Assembly: GCA_029547805.1 (NCBI GenBank)
Contig: JAKPOP010000015.1
Span: 21,556-85,555, forward strand
Length of the DNA: 64,000 nt
Direction: 5' to 3'
Source of the DNA: Deltaproteobacteria bacterium
GTDB taxonomy: Bacteria > Myxococcota_A > UBA9042 > DTJE01
A model generated the notes under the pieces. It was not told the DNA's origin. It made no database searches and saw only the letters and a program-made list of their open reading frames with translations. Numbering within the stretch: the first letter of the stretch is position 1; the number at the start of each line of letters is the position of its first letter. The position numbers and the translations under genes are program-made. Below are positions 46,290 through 54,238 of this stretch, in pieces.

Positions 46290-47004
46290 GCCCCCGGTGA
46301 TCGGCAGGCATGCGTTCGGCCCACCACCGGGCCACCCGTCCAGGGTCCTCCGTGTCCAGGCAGACCCGGCCCCCATCGAGGACCAGGAAGCGGGAGCAGA
46401 CCGTCCTGGCGAACTCCAGGTCATGGGTGGCCAGGAGGATCGCGGTGTCCAGCCGGCCCAGGAGCAGGGCCAGGCTCCGGCGTCCCACGGGGTCCAGGGA
46501 GGCCGAGGGCTCGTCCAGCAGCAAGAGTTCGGGCCCCGTGACCAGGACCCCGGCCAGGGCCACCCGTTGCTTCTCGCCGTGGGAGAGGTGGTGAACCGGG
46601 GCCTCGGCCAGGGACGCGACGCCAAGGTCCGCCAGGACCTCCCGGGCCCGGATCAGGGCCTCGGAGGCCGGCATCCCCCTCCGCAACAGACTGAAGGCGA
46701 CGTCCTCCTCCACGGTCGGGAACAGCAACTGGTCCTCGGGAACGTTGAACAGGAACCCGACCTGCCGACGAATCTCCCCCAGCGAGTGCCGGTCGAGCCG
46801 CCGGCCGCCAACGTGGATCAGGCCCCGGTGCGGAACCAGACCCACCGCGGCCTTCAACAGCGTCGTCTTGCCACTCCCGTTCCGTCCCACCAGGGCGACC
46901 CGCTCTCGGTGCCCCACCACCAGGGAGACCCCCTCGAGGACCCCGGGCCCTGGGGACTCGTAACAGACCGCGACGTCCTCGAATGCGATGGCCGGGGGAG
47001 TCAT
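46282..47004 (-). CDS. cbiO: ECF/ABC transporter ATPase (CbiO/EcfA-like)
   Basis: Walker A GRNGSGKTT, signature LSHGEKQRVA and Walker B LLLLDEP. The start at ATG 47004 overlaps the cbiQ stop (ATGA). Confidence 0.9.
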   Translation of the reverse strand: MTPPAIAFEDVAVCYESPGPGVLEGVSLVVGHRERVALVGRNGSGKTTLLKAAVGLVPHRGLIHVGGRRLDRHSLGEIRRQVGFLFNVPEDQLLFPTVEEDVAFSLLRRGMPASEALIRAREVLADLGVASLAEAPVHHLSHGEKQRVALAGVLVTGPELLLLDEPSASLDPVGRRSLALLLGRLDTAILLATHDLEFARTVCSRFLVLDGGRVCLDTEDPGRVARWWAERMPADHRGPI

Positions 47005-47747
47005 CGCGCCCCCCAGATCCACAGGGAGACGACCAGAGACAGGACCGCCAGTCCCAGGGCCACCCGGTCCCGTCCCCCGGGACGACAGGATCGAAGAGGC
47101 GCCGGGTCCGCCTCGGCATATCCCCGGATGGCCATCGCCTCCCCCACCCGCTCGGCCCGGGAGGCCACCCGGGGAAGCCAGACCCGAGGCAGCGCCCGGG
47201 CCAGTGCCACCGCCCCCCTGCCCCGCCCGGTCGCGCCCCGAAGGTTCCAGGCCGCGGCGACGGCCCCGGTCTCCGACGCCAATGTCGCGGTCTGGTGGAC
47301 AATCTGCAACAGGATGGCAGTGACGATGGCCGGAATCGGCAGCCTGACCAGGGCCTCCCGGAGGTCGCTCGCCGTCAGGGACGCAAGGGTCGCTCCGCAG
47401 ATCAGGATCCCGCCGATGCCTCGAATGATCACGGCGGCAGGAACGGCCAGGGCCTCCCGGACCCCTCCCCCCTCGGGGACCGAGACCCATGGAACCAGCA
47501 GGAAGTACGGCAGGAACAGGGCCAGGCCCAGCAGGAGGCCGGCACCGACCAGTCGGAGCGGGGGACGGATCGCCACCACCCAGGCCCCCAGAACCACCAG
47601 GGCCCAGAGGGTCCCAGGGACCGACGGGACCGGCGACGACAGGTACGCCGCCAGCACCAGCAGACCGGCCCCCAGGCGGGTTGGGGGACACAGGGACCGC
47701 ACCGGACCGGTCGCCGATCCCCACAGCCGGTGCCAGGAGGTCCGCAT
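47001..47747 (-). CDS. cbiQ: ECF transporter transmembrane (T) component, CbiQ-like
   Basis: A multi-TM protein with the ARG-type coupling region (AAWNLRGATGRGRG...AMAIRGY). It is positioned between the S-like component and the ATPase. Confidence 0.8.
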   Translation of the reverse strand: MRTSWHRLWGSATGPVRSLCPPTRLGAGLLVLAAYLSSPVPSVPGTLWALVVLGAWVVAIRPPLRLVGAGLLLGLALFLPYFLLVPWVSVPEGGGVREALAVPAAVIIRGIGGILICGATLASLTASDLREALVRLPIPAIVTAILLQIVHQTATLASETGAVAAAWNLRGATGRGRGAVALARALPRVWLPRVASRAERVGEAMAIRGYAEADPAPLRSCRPGGRDRVALGLAVLSLVVSLWIWGAR

Positions 47748-47752
47748 CCCGC

Positions 47753-48364
47753 CTACTCCCGTGGCTTCTCCCCGGTCACCAGGTAGCGCCGTTCCGTGTC
47801 TTCCATCGTCCGGACCTGGAACCCGACGGTCTCCAGCAGCGCCGCGGTCTGGTCCCCTGGCGCCAGCAGGTCCGATCCCACGGGGCCTCCCTTGCCCTGG
47901 TGGATCTCATTGACCCGCTGCCGGGAGATCAGGTGCCAGACGTGCAACAGGCCGCCGGGCCGGAGCACCCGGAAGACCTCCCTGGCCACCCCGTCCGGAT
48001 CTCGGAAGTGGGGCCATACGCCGAGGCAAAAGACCCGGTCGCACCGGCCATCCCCGATGGGCAGCCGGCAGGCGTCGGCGACATTCCAGGACACGCGCCC
48101 ATCGTGGATCTTCTCCCGAGCGACGGCGATCATCGCCGGGGAAAAGTCCACCGCCACCACCCGGCCCTCCGGCGAGAGGCAGTCCAGGATCGCCCGGGTC
48201 AGGTTGCCGGTGCCGCACCCGATATCCACCACCGTCTCCCGAGGCCCCACGCCGAGTTCCGACAGGCCCTCCTGGAGCAGCAGGCGCAACCGATCCAGGT
48301 CCTCCCATCCGTCCCAGTCCCGGGCGATGGCATCGAAGAAGGCCACTCTGGGGTCATCAGGCAT
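47753..48364 (-). CDS. Class I SAM-dependent methyltransferase
   Basis: Motif I is VVDIGCGTGNLT. Also present: VVAVDFSPAMI and LRPGGLL. It is embedded inside the ECF transporter operon and overlaps the upstream gene by 8 nt. Confidence 0.85.
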   Translation of the reverse strand: MPDDPRVAFFDAIARDWDGWEDLDRLRLLLQEGLSELGVGPRETVVDIGCGTGNLTRAILDCLSPEGRVVAVDFSPAMIAVAREKIHDGRVSWNVADACRLPIGDGRCDRVFCLGVWPHFRDPDGVAREVFRVLRPGGLLHVWHLISRQRVNEIHQGKGGPVGSDLLAPGDQTAALLETVGFQVRTMEDTERRYLVTGEKPRE

Positions 48365-48908
48365 CGGTTTCCTCCAGGGAATGGGGCTCGCCGGTCCGCC
48401 CCAGGGATCGCCGGGACGCCCGAACCACCGGCGGAATCACCGCCATCATGAGCAGGATCCCAGGCCACCCGCTCAGGAAGGAGACCCCGGCCAGGAAGGA
48501 CGCTGGCAGGTCGATCCACCACGAGAAGGCATAGACCAGGCCCACCTGCAGCAGGCGCCCTCCCGCGAGCACCGGGGCCAGCACGAGCCACTCCGGGACC
48601 CGGGGCCACCGGTGGGACACCACCGAGATCACCAGCGCCATGGCCCCCAGTTCCAGGGCCATGAAGACCGCCACCGGAGGATAGAACGGCGGCATCCCGG
48701 TGGCCGCCCCGGACAGCAGGGGCGTCACCAGGGCCGTGACCGCCGCAGCCGCAGGCCCCACGAAGAACGGCAGCGTGCACAGGGGCAGGTACATGGGCAT
48801 GAAGACGGACCCGAGGTGCAGCAGGTGGAACAGCACCGGCAGCAGCAACGCCGCAGCCCCGAAAAGGCCGCACCAGGCCAGTTCCCGGGGCGTCAACCGA
48901 CCGCTCAT
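48357..48908 (-). CDS. Small polytopic membrane protein, putative ECF substrate-capture (S) component (family unassigned)
   Basis: It has ~6 hydrophobic segments (GLFGAAALLLPVLFHLL, PLCTLPFFVGPAAAAV, PVAVFMALELGAMALVI...). The start at ATG 48908 overlaps the TonB-receptor stop (ATGA). It is not a canonical CbiM (no MHI..G N-terminus). Confidence 0.55.
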   Translation of the reverse strand: MSGRLTPRELAWCGLFGAAALLLPVLFHLLHLGSVFMPMYLPLCTLPFFVGPAAAAVTALVTPLLSGAATGMPPFYPPVAVFMALELGAMALVISVVSHRWPRVPEWLVLAPVLAGGRLLQVGLVYAFSWWIDLPASFLAGVSFLSGWPGILLMMAVIPPVVRASRRSLGRTGEPHSLEETDA

Positions 48909-50818
48909 CCGCCCAACCCCACCTTCAGGCCCGCCAGGACGTGGAACCCGGGCATCTCGTAGCCCCGGATGTATTCGTACTTCCGATTCATCAGGTTGCG
49001 AAGGACCAGCCAGGGCTCCAGGGTCCAGTCCTTGCCAGGGGGCTCCAGGCGGTAACGCACCGCCAGGTCCAGGAAGAAGGGGTCCGGGATCGGTTCCCGG
49101 CGGTAGTTGGCCATGTAGAGGCCATGCACCCACTCGCCGCTGACCTCCCCTTCCAGGCGATGGGAACCCCACCGGTGTCCCAGCGTAGCGGCGAAGTCCA
49201 GCATCGCCTCGGGATTCTGGCGGGTGTAGCGGCCGACCCGCTGCCAGGACCCGGCCACCGTCGCCCCGAAGGGTCCCAGGTCCCGGACTCGGACCCGCCC
49301 CTCGAGGCCCCAGACCGTGTAGGCATCGATGTTGACCACCTCAGCGGCCGGCCAGGACCCGAAGTACCGGATCAGGTTCCGGGCCTGCGATCGATAGGCG
49401 GTCAGGGAGACCTCCAGGTGCCGGAAGTCCTCGTAGCCCAGCGTGGCGTCCCAGTTCAGGGAGGTCTCGGGCCGCAGGTCCGGGTTCGCGACGGGATAGG
49501 GCAGATAGAGTTCCCGGATCGTCGGCTGGCGGTAGTTCCGGGTGACCCGGGTGCGCACGGACCATCCCCGCCAGAAGTTCCAGCGGACCCCGGCCTTCCC
49601 GAGCCAGAGGAACCCCCATCTCAGGCTGTAGAGTTCCCGGGACCCGACCACCAGGGACAGCCCCTGGACGGGCCGCCAGAGGACCTGTTGCCAGGCCGCC
49701 AGGTCCACCATCGCCCGGACATCCGTCGCGGTCCCCTGGATGCGGTTGCGGACCTCCCCGTCCATGTCCTGGGCCTCAACCCCCCCCAGGACCTCCCAGT
49801 TCCGATGTGGCCGCCAGCAGACCTCGCCCCGGCCACCCAGGGTCCAGTCCAACGACTGGAATCCATCATGGAGCCGGTGGCGACCCAGGGTCGCGTAGGG
49901 CAGCAGGGTCACCCGGAGCCCCGGGCGCTGGTACTCGAGGGCCCCCGAGAGGTTGTCCCTCCAGACATCGAAGGTGTGGTCCGTGAAGGGATGCTGGACC
50001 GTGCCGGGGTCACCGCCGGTGACGTGGACCGCCTTGTTGCGCAGCACCAGGGACCACCCCGGGGCGAGCCGAAGGCGCCCGGCGCTCTGGATCACCAGCA
50101 CGCTGCCGCCGGCCCCGTCCCGGTGGCCATCGGTTCGCATCCCATGGAGGGCGAAGGCCCCCTCCCATCCATCCTTCCGTCCCAGGGCCGTCACGGTGCC
50201 CTGGAGGGTCGCAAAACTGCCGTAGGCGGCGTCCGAGCGTACCTCCCATCCATCCTCGGGCAACCAGCGGCTCCGGAGCACGATGGCGGCCCCCATCGCG
50301 TTGCTGCCGTAGAGCACCGAGTCGCCGCCCTCCACCACGACGGCCTGGTCGATCAGGTCCGGGACATAGGCATCCGGAAGGGGATGTCCGAAGATGCCCT
50401 GGACGTCGGGCACGCCGTCCTCGACCACCAGGACCTGGGTGTTGGGGCTTCCTCCGAGCCCCCGGACCGTCAGGCCCCCGGCGGCGCCGCTGGCAACCCC
50501 CGCGGGCCCGACACCGCGCCGAGTGACGTGGATGGACGCCGATTCCTGGGCCAGGGCCTCGAGCAGGGTCGGTCTGGGGCTCTCCCGCAACCGCTCGCCG
50601 GGAACGGCCACCTGGTCCTGGGTCTGGTCCGGCGACACGGGCCGCGAAGCCTGGATCACGGTCTGGTGGTCCGGCGCCGCACCGGGCGTCGGCACGGCAG
50701 CATCCCCCGGCTCCTCCCCCTCCTCGGGCGGCGGGGACGGGGCCTCCTCGGGGGATCCGGCCCTGGCCGGCGGACCCAGCACCAGCAACAGGAACACCAG
50801 CCACGGAGCGCCGCGCAT
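48905..50818 (-). CDS. TonB-dependent outer-membrane receptor
   Basis: The signal peptide is MRGAPWLVFLLLVLGPPARAG. Plug motifs include LLEALAQESASIHV, GLTVRGLGGSPNTQVLVVEDGVP and VVVEGGDSVLYGSNAMGAAIVLRSR. The start is at Met 50818. Confidence 0.88.
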   Translation of the reverse strand: MRGAPWLVFLLLVLGPPARAGSPEEAPSPPPEEGEEPGDAAVPTPGAAPDHQTVIQASRPVSPDQTQDQVAVPGERLRESPRPTLLEALAQESASIHVTRRGVGPAGVASGAAGGLTVRGLGGSPNTQVLVVEDGVPDVQGIFGHPLPDAYVPDLIDQAVVVEGGDSVLYGSNAMGAAIVLRSRWLPEDGWEVRSDAAYGSFATLQGTVTALGRKDGWEGAFALHGMRTDGHRDGAGGSVLVIQSAGRLRLAPGWSLVLRNKAVHVTGGDPGTVQHPFTDHTFDVWRDNLSGALEYQRPGLRVTLLPYATLGRHRLHDGFQSLDWTLGGRGEVCWRPHRNWEVLGGVEAQDMDGEVRNRIQGTATDVRAMVDLAAWQQVLWRPVQGLSLVVGSRELYSLRWGFLWLGKAGVRWNFWRGWSVRTRVTRNYRQPTIRELYLPYPVANPDLRPETSLNWDATLGYEDFRHLEVSLTAYRSQARNLIRYFGSWPAAEVVNIDAYTVWGLEGRVRVRDLGPFGATVAGSWQRVGRYTRQNPEAMLDFAATLGHRWGSHRLEGEVSGEWVHGLYMANYRREPIPDPFFLDLAVRYRLEPPGKDWTLEPWLVLRNLMNRKYEYIRGYEMPGFHVLAGLKVGLGG

Positions 50819-50828
50819 CCGGGCCTCC

Positions 50829-51248
50829 TCAGTGCCCGTAAGGGCCCGGAATGGAAAAATCCTGCTCCAGCGCGTCGCCCCCCTGGACCTCGATGACCCG
50901 GAAGTCCCCGGCGTCGACGGTCCACTGGGCCACGGTCTGGTAGTTGAACCACAGGGGCCCGGTGGTTGCCTCCTCGGGGTCCATCCGTTGCTCCGCGAAC
51001 TGGTCCAGGTCCAGTTTCTGGAAGTGCACCTGGTCCCGACCCGGAAGGCAACGCCTGGGGACCGTCGCATCCCCGTAGTTGAGGGTCGCCTCCCAGCGGC
51101 ACCCGTTGAAGGAGGGATTGCGGATCACCACCGCGGTGTCGATGCGGTTCACGACGACGACCTCCGGGTAGCGGAGGTCGCAGCCCAACAGGCCCCCGAT
51201 GGCCAGCAGCCAGAGGCGAGACCGGGGAACCTGGCGGCGGCGTTTCAC
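50829..51248 (-). CDS. Small lipoprotein, unknown function
   Basis: The GTG start at 51248 gives VKRRRQVPRSRLWLLAIGGLLGC (a lipobox). It is a ~139-aa Cys-containing protein directly upstream of the TonB receptor. Confidence 0.5.
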   Translation of the reverse strand: MKRRRQVPRSRLWLLAIGGLLGCDLRYPEVVVVNRIDTAVVIRNPSFNGCRWEATLNYGDATVPRRCLPGRDQVHFQKLDLDQFAEQRMDPEEATTGPLWFNYQTVAQWTVDAGDFRVIEVQGGDALEQDFSIPGPYGH

Positions 51249-51258
51249 CCGCGCCTCG

Positions 51259-51756
51259 CTACTCTGGCAGGCACTGGGTGTTCTCCGTGCGCTGGGCATA
51301 GGGCTTGAATCCGTACTCGGGGTACAGTTCCAGGATGCGGTTATAGACCGTCTCCGGAATGGGCGGAACCCCCTCCGGCGGGCAGGGGCCCTGGTGGCTG
51401 GGCTTCCCGATGGCAATCGTCCGGGTCTGGCCGTCCACCACCTCCTCCTCATTTTTCGATGCGATGGGCAGGCAGTTCTCCGGGTGGCACTCCGGGTCGT
51501 CCCAGGCGGCGACCATGAGCACGTAGTCCAGCCCCGGCTCGACCTTCTGGGGCGCCGAGGTCTCTCCGATGCCGATCCGGCCGAACTCCACCCCCAGGTA
51601 GGTGGCCCGGCAGATCGTCCACGGGGGCTTGAACCCCTCCACTGCAGGGTTGTTGAAGTCATTCTGGATCTGCACCGTCGCCGACTCGGTACCCGTCTCG
51701 CACCCTGCGACGGCCACGGTCCACAGCCCCAACGCCACGAGCATCCGCCTGTCCAT
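51259..51756 (-). CDS. Small lipoprotein, unknown function
   Basis: MDRRMLVALGLWTVAVAGC (a lipobox). It is 165 aa with several Cys residues and is the first gene of the lipoprotein / TonB receptor / ECF operon. Confidence 0.6.
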   Translation of the reverse strand: MDRRMLVALGLWTVAVAGCETGTESATVQIQNDFNNPAVEGFKPPWTICRATYLGVEFGRIGIGETSAPQKVEPGLDYVLMVAAWDDPECHPENCLPIASKNEEEVVDGQTRTIAIGKPSHQGPCPPEGVPPIPETVYNRILELYPEYGFKPYAQRTENTQCLPE

Positions 51757-51782
51757 GCCTCCTCCGGTTCCGGGTTCCCCCG

Positions 51783-51811
51783 GATATTACGACTGTCCCG
51801 GAAGTAATATC
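51783..51811. promoter_or_regulatory. Perfect dyad GATATTAC-N13-GTAATATC (candidate NikR operator)
   Basis: A perfect 8-bp inverted repeat separated by 13 nt, 27-55 nt upstream of the first gene (start 51756) of the putative Ni/Co uptake operon. The two half-sites separated by more than one helical turn match the architecture of known NikR operators. Confidence 0.5.
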
Positions 51812-52013
51812 ACCGGCACTGCGGCCTTGCAATCCGGAGGGACAGTCACCGGCTGACCCACTTCAACCTACCGTATCCACTGCTGTTTCCAAGAACCTCG
51901 CGACCCACGGGGTCGAGTCCGACGCCGAGTGGGGCAGGACCCGCTCCCGGACGCCTCGACCATCCGGTCGGCCGTGGAAGCACCGATGGGCCTCAGGAAG
52001 GCGGGATCGCCGG

Positions 52014-54179
52014 TCAACGTCCCGGCGGGCGGAACGACGGGGATCGCGTGAGGCCGTCCCACCGGTGATCCAGCAGGGCCAGCAACAGCCCCAGCAGACG
52101 ACGGTCCCCGGGTTCGCCGGCGGGAGTCTCCCGGAGCAGGCACAGGCGAAAATGTCGGGACGCCAGGAAGGCCTCGGTCCGACTCTCGCCCCCGAACAGG
52201 TCCCCCTGCAAGACCCGATCCCCCACCCGGATCCCCAGGCGCAGGGCCCCCTCCTCCGATCCCTCCACCGGGCGCAGAGAGGCGATGCGGAGACTGCCGA
52301 GGTCCCCGGGAAGCCCCCGGGCCAGCACCCGAGCCACGTCCCGGACCACCCGGGCCTCCCGTGGCAGGGTCTCCTCGCCCACCAGGGGGTCGAGCCAGTC
52401 GGCCACCGGGGTCGCCCCCCTTTCCTGGGAGGCCCTCAGCACCACCCTGGGGTCCTCCCGGAGCCGCCGATGCCGGGGCCGGGGGTCCTCGTCCAGGGGG
52501 CATCGCCGGGCCGCCTCGGCCAGAGCACCGGACAGCAGCGCCCGGGGGTCCTGCTCCACGCCGTCCCGTTCCACCCGGTCCAGCAGCACCAGTCCCAGGT
52601 CCAGCGGCAGGAACCGGGCCCCCTGGACCAGATCCCGGATCCACGGGAAGTCCGGGTCGTCGCGGAAGTACCAGCACTCCGCTCCGTCGTTCCAGGCCGC
52701 GAAGGCCCGGACGAACCATCGGAAGAAGCAGGCAGTGCGCGGGTCCAGGAAGTGCCAGGGAAGGGCCCCGTGGATGTCCTCGAACAGGGTCACCGGCACA
52801 TAGAGGATTCCCCGGTCCTCGTAGTGGTCCCGGAGGATGCCTCCCTGGGCCCGTGCCAGGGCGGTGATGGGCGTCGTGCGGACCAGGAGCAGGGTCGACA
52901 CCATCCAGAAGCCCGTCGGGTCCAGGCCCAGCCGCCGCCCCTCCTCCAGGTTGATCCGGATGTCCTCCGGGAGGGTCCAGGGGGTGAAGAAAATGAAGGA
53001 CCAGGCCGATCGTCCGCCGTCGCCGTGGAAGAACTCGAACCCCTCGGGGAAGCGCTGCTGCCACTCCTGCTGCAACGCGATGACCCCCTCGATGTGGTCC
53101 ATGGTCAGGCGCTTGTTGAACCGGGCCATCTCCGCCGGAGAGAAGGTCTCGATGCCCATGATCAGGGTCTTCAGCACGTGCCCCGCGGCCAGCATCCCGG
53201 GAATCGCCGCCTCGATGGCCTCCCGCTCGCGCAGCACATCATCCAGCCGAGGAGCGAAATAGAACGTCGAGGGGGGCATCTCCAGGTCCAGCACCATCCG
53301 ACAGAAGCGCTGCACCTCCGAGAGCATGTCGTAGTCAAAGACCATGTAGGCATTCTTGTTCCGCAGCGACCGTCCCGGCGGCGCGGCCAGGATGCGCCGC
53401 AACTGGCTCTCGATCAGGGCCAGGCGATCGACGCGGGGCGAGTGCAGGGGCGGTGTCGGGGAGCCGCCGCAATAGGAGCAGCCCGTGATGACTCGACACT
53501 CCTTGAGGTCCACCCCGTCGAAGATCGGGTTGTCGGCCACCGACGGCTTGCCCCCGCAGGAGACCCCGCTGACCAGCACCAGGTTGCTCCCGGCGGCGGC
53601 ACTCTCCTGGTCCAGGGGCTCCGCGTCGTAGTGCGGCGTCACGTGTTCCACCAGGTACCGGGTCGCCTCCTCGGGGGCCTCGATGCCCAGGAATCGCAGG
53701 AACCAGTAGGGACGGGCGTAGTACCAGGGATTGTCCCGCGGATGAAGGGTCCGGGCCACCTGGGCCAGCACCGGGTCCGGACCCTGGAGATACTCCTCGC
53801 GACGGAAGTGGAATTCCTTGCCGGCGGGCATCGACAGGATGACCAGCCCCGGCGGGGTTGCGCCCCGGATGGCCTCCTCGGTCTCCCGGGAGAGGTCCTC
53901 CGTGACCACCAGATGGGTCGGGGCGAAGTCCCGAAGACGGCGGGCCAGCGTCTCCAACTGTCCCGGTTCCAGGTCGGCGTGGAGCAGCCGCCCCTCCTGC
54001 CGATCCTCATGGCGACGGATCCGGGAGAGGGCGAACCACCACTGGGCCTCCACCCCGTGCTCTCGGGCCGTCCCCAGCAGGAACGGGAAGAACATGCTCC
54101 GCTCGTTGACCCGGTCGTACTGGACCAGGAATTCCAGCAGGACCAGCCTCGGGGGCGCTCCCGCCTCGGGTCGTTCCAT
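52014..54179 (-). CDS. Large radical-SAM-like protein (N-terminal Rossmann/B12-binding-like region, CX5CX2C motif, long unique C-terminal region)
   Basis: The 721-aa ORF has coding-like composition. The Cys cluster is KECRVITGCSYCGG (53469..53498). A radical-SAM-core-like stretch is TLIMGIETFSPAEMARFNKRLTMDHIEG. It is the last gene of the minus-strand nitrogenase-like operon. The family assignment is tentative. Confidence 0.55.
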   Translation of the reverse strand: MERPEAGAPPRLVLLEFLVQYDRVNERSMFFPFLLGTAREHGVEAQWWFALSRIRRHEDRQEGRLLHADLEPGQLETLARRLRDFAPTHLVVTEDLSRETEEAIRGATPPGLVILSMPAGKEFHFRREEYLQGPDPVLAQVARTLHPRDNPWYYARPYWFLRFLGIEAPEEATRYLVEHVTPHYDAEPLDQESAAAGSNLVLVSGVSCGGKPSVADNPIFDGVDLKECRVITGCSYCGGSPTPPLHSPRVDRLALIESQLRRILAAPPGRSLRNKNAYMVFDYDMLSEVQRFCRMVLDLEMPPSTFYFAPRLDDVLREREAIEAAIPGMLAAGHVLKTLIMGIETFSPAEMARFNKRLTMDHIEGVIALQQEWQQRFPEGFEFFHGDGGRSAWSFIFFTPWTLPEDIRINLEEGRRLGLDPTGFWMVSTLLLVRTTPITALARAQGGILRDHYEDRGILYVPVTLFEDIHGALPWHFLDPRTACFFRWFVRAFAAWNDGAECWYFRDDPDFPWIRDLVQGARFLPLDLGLVLLDRVERDGVEQDPRALLSGALAEAARRCPLDEDPRPRHRRLREDPRVVLRASQERGATPVADWLDPLVGEETLPREARVVRDVARVLARGLPGDLGSLRIASLRPVEGSEEGALRLGIRVGDRVLQGDLFGGESRTEAFLASRHFRLCLLRETPAGEPGDRRLLGLLLALLDHRWDGLTRSPSFRPPGR

Positions 54180-54238
54180 CTTCCCCTCGCAGTTCTCTCG
54201 GATGCCAGGCCGGGAGTCCCGGGGCCTGCTTGTGCCCC

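Noticed and set aside
51757-52013. A cobalamin or other riboswitch in the leader of the Ni/Co uptake operon, and likewise at 18581..18612 upstream of the other TonB-receptor operon.
   Set aside because: The leaders between the putative promoter or operator and the start codons are only ~30 nt, too short for a riboswitch aptamer. No B12-box-like sequence was seen.
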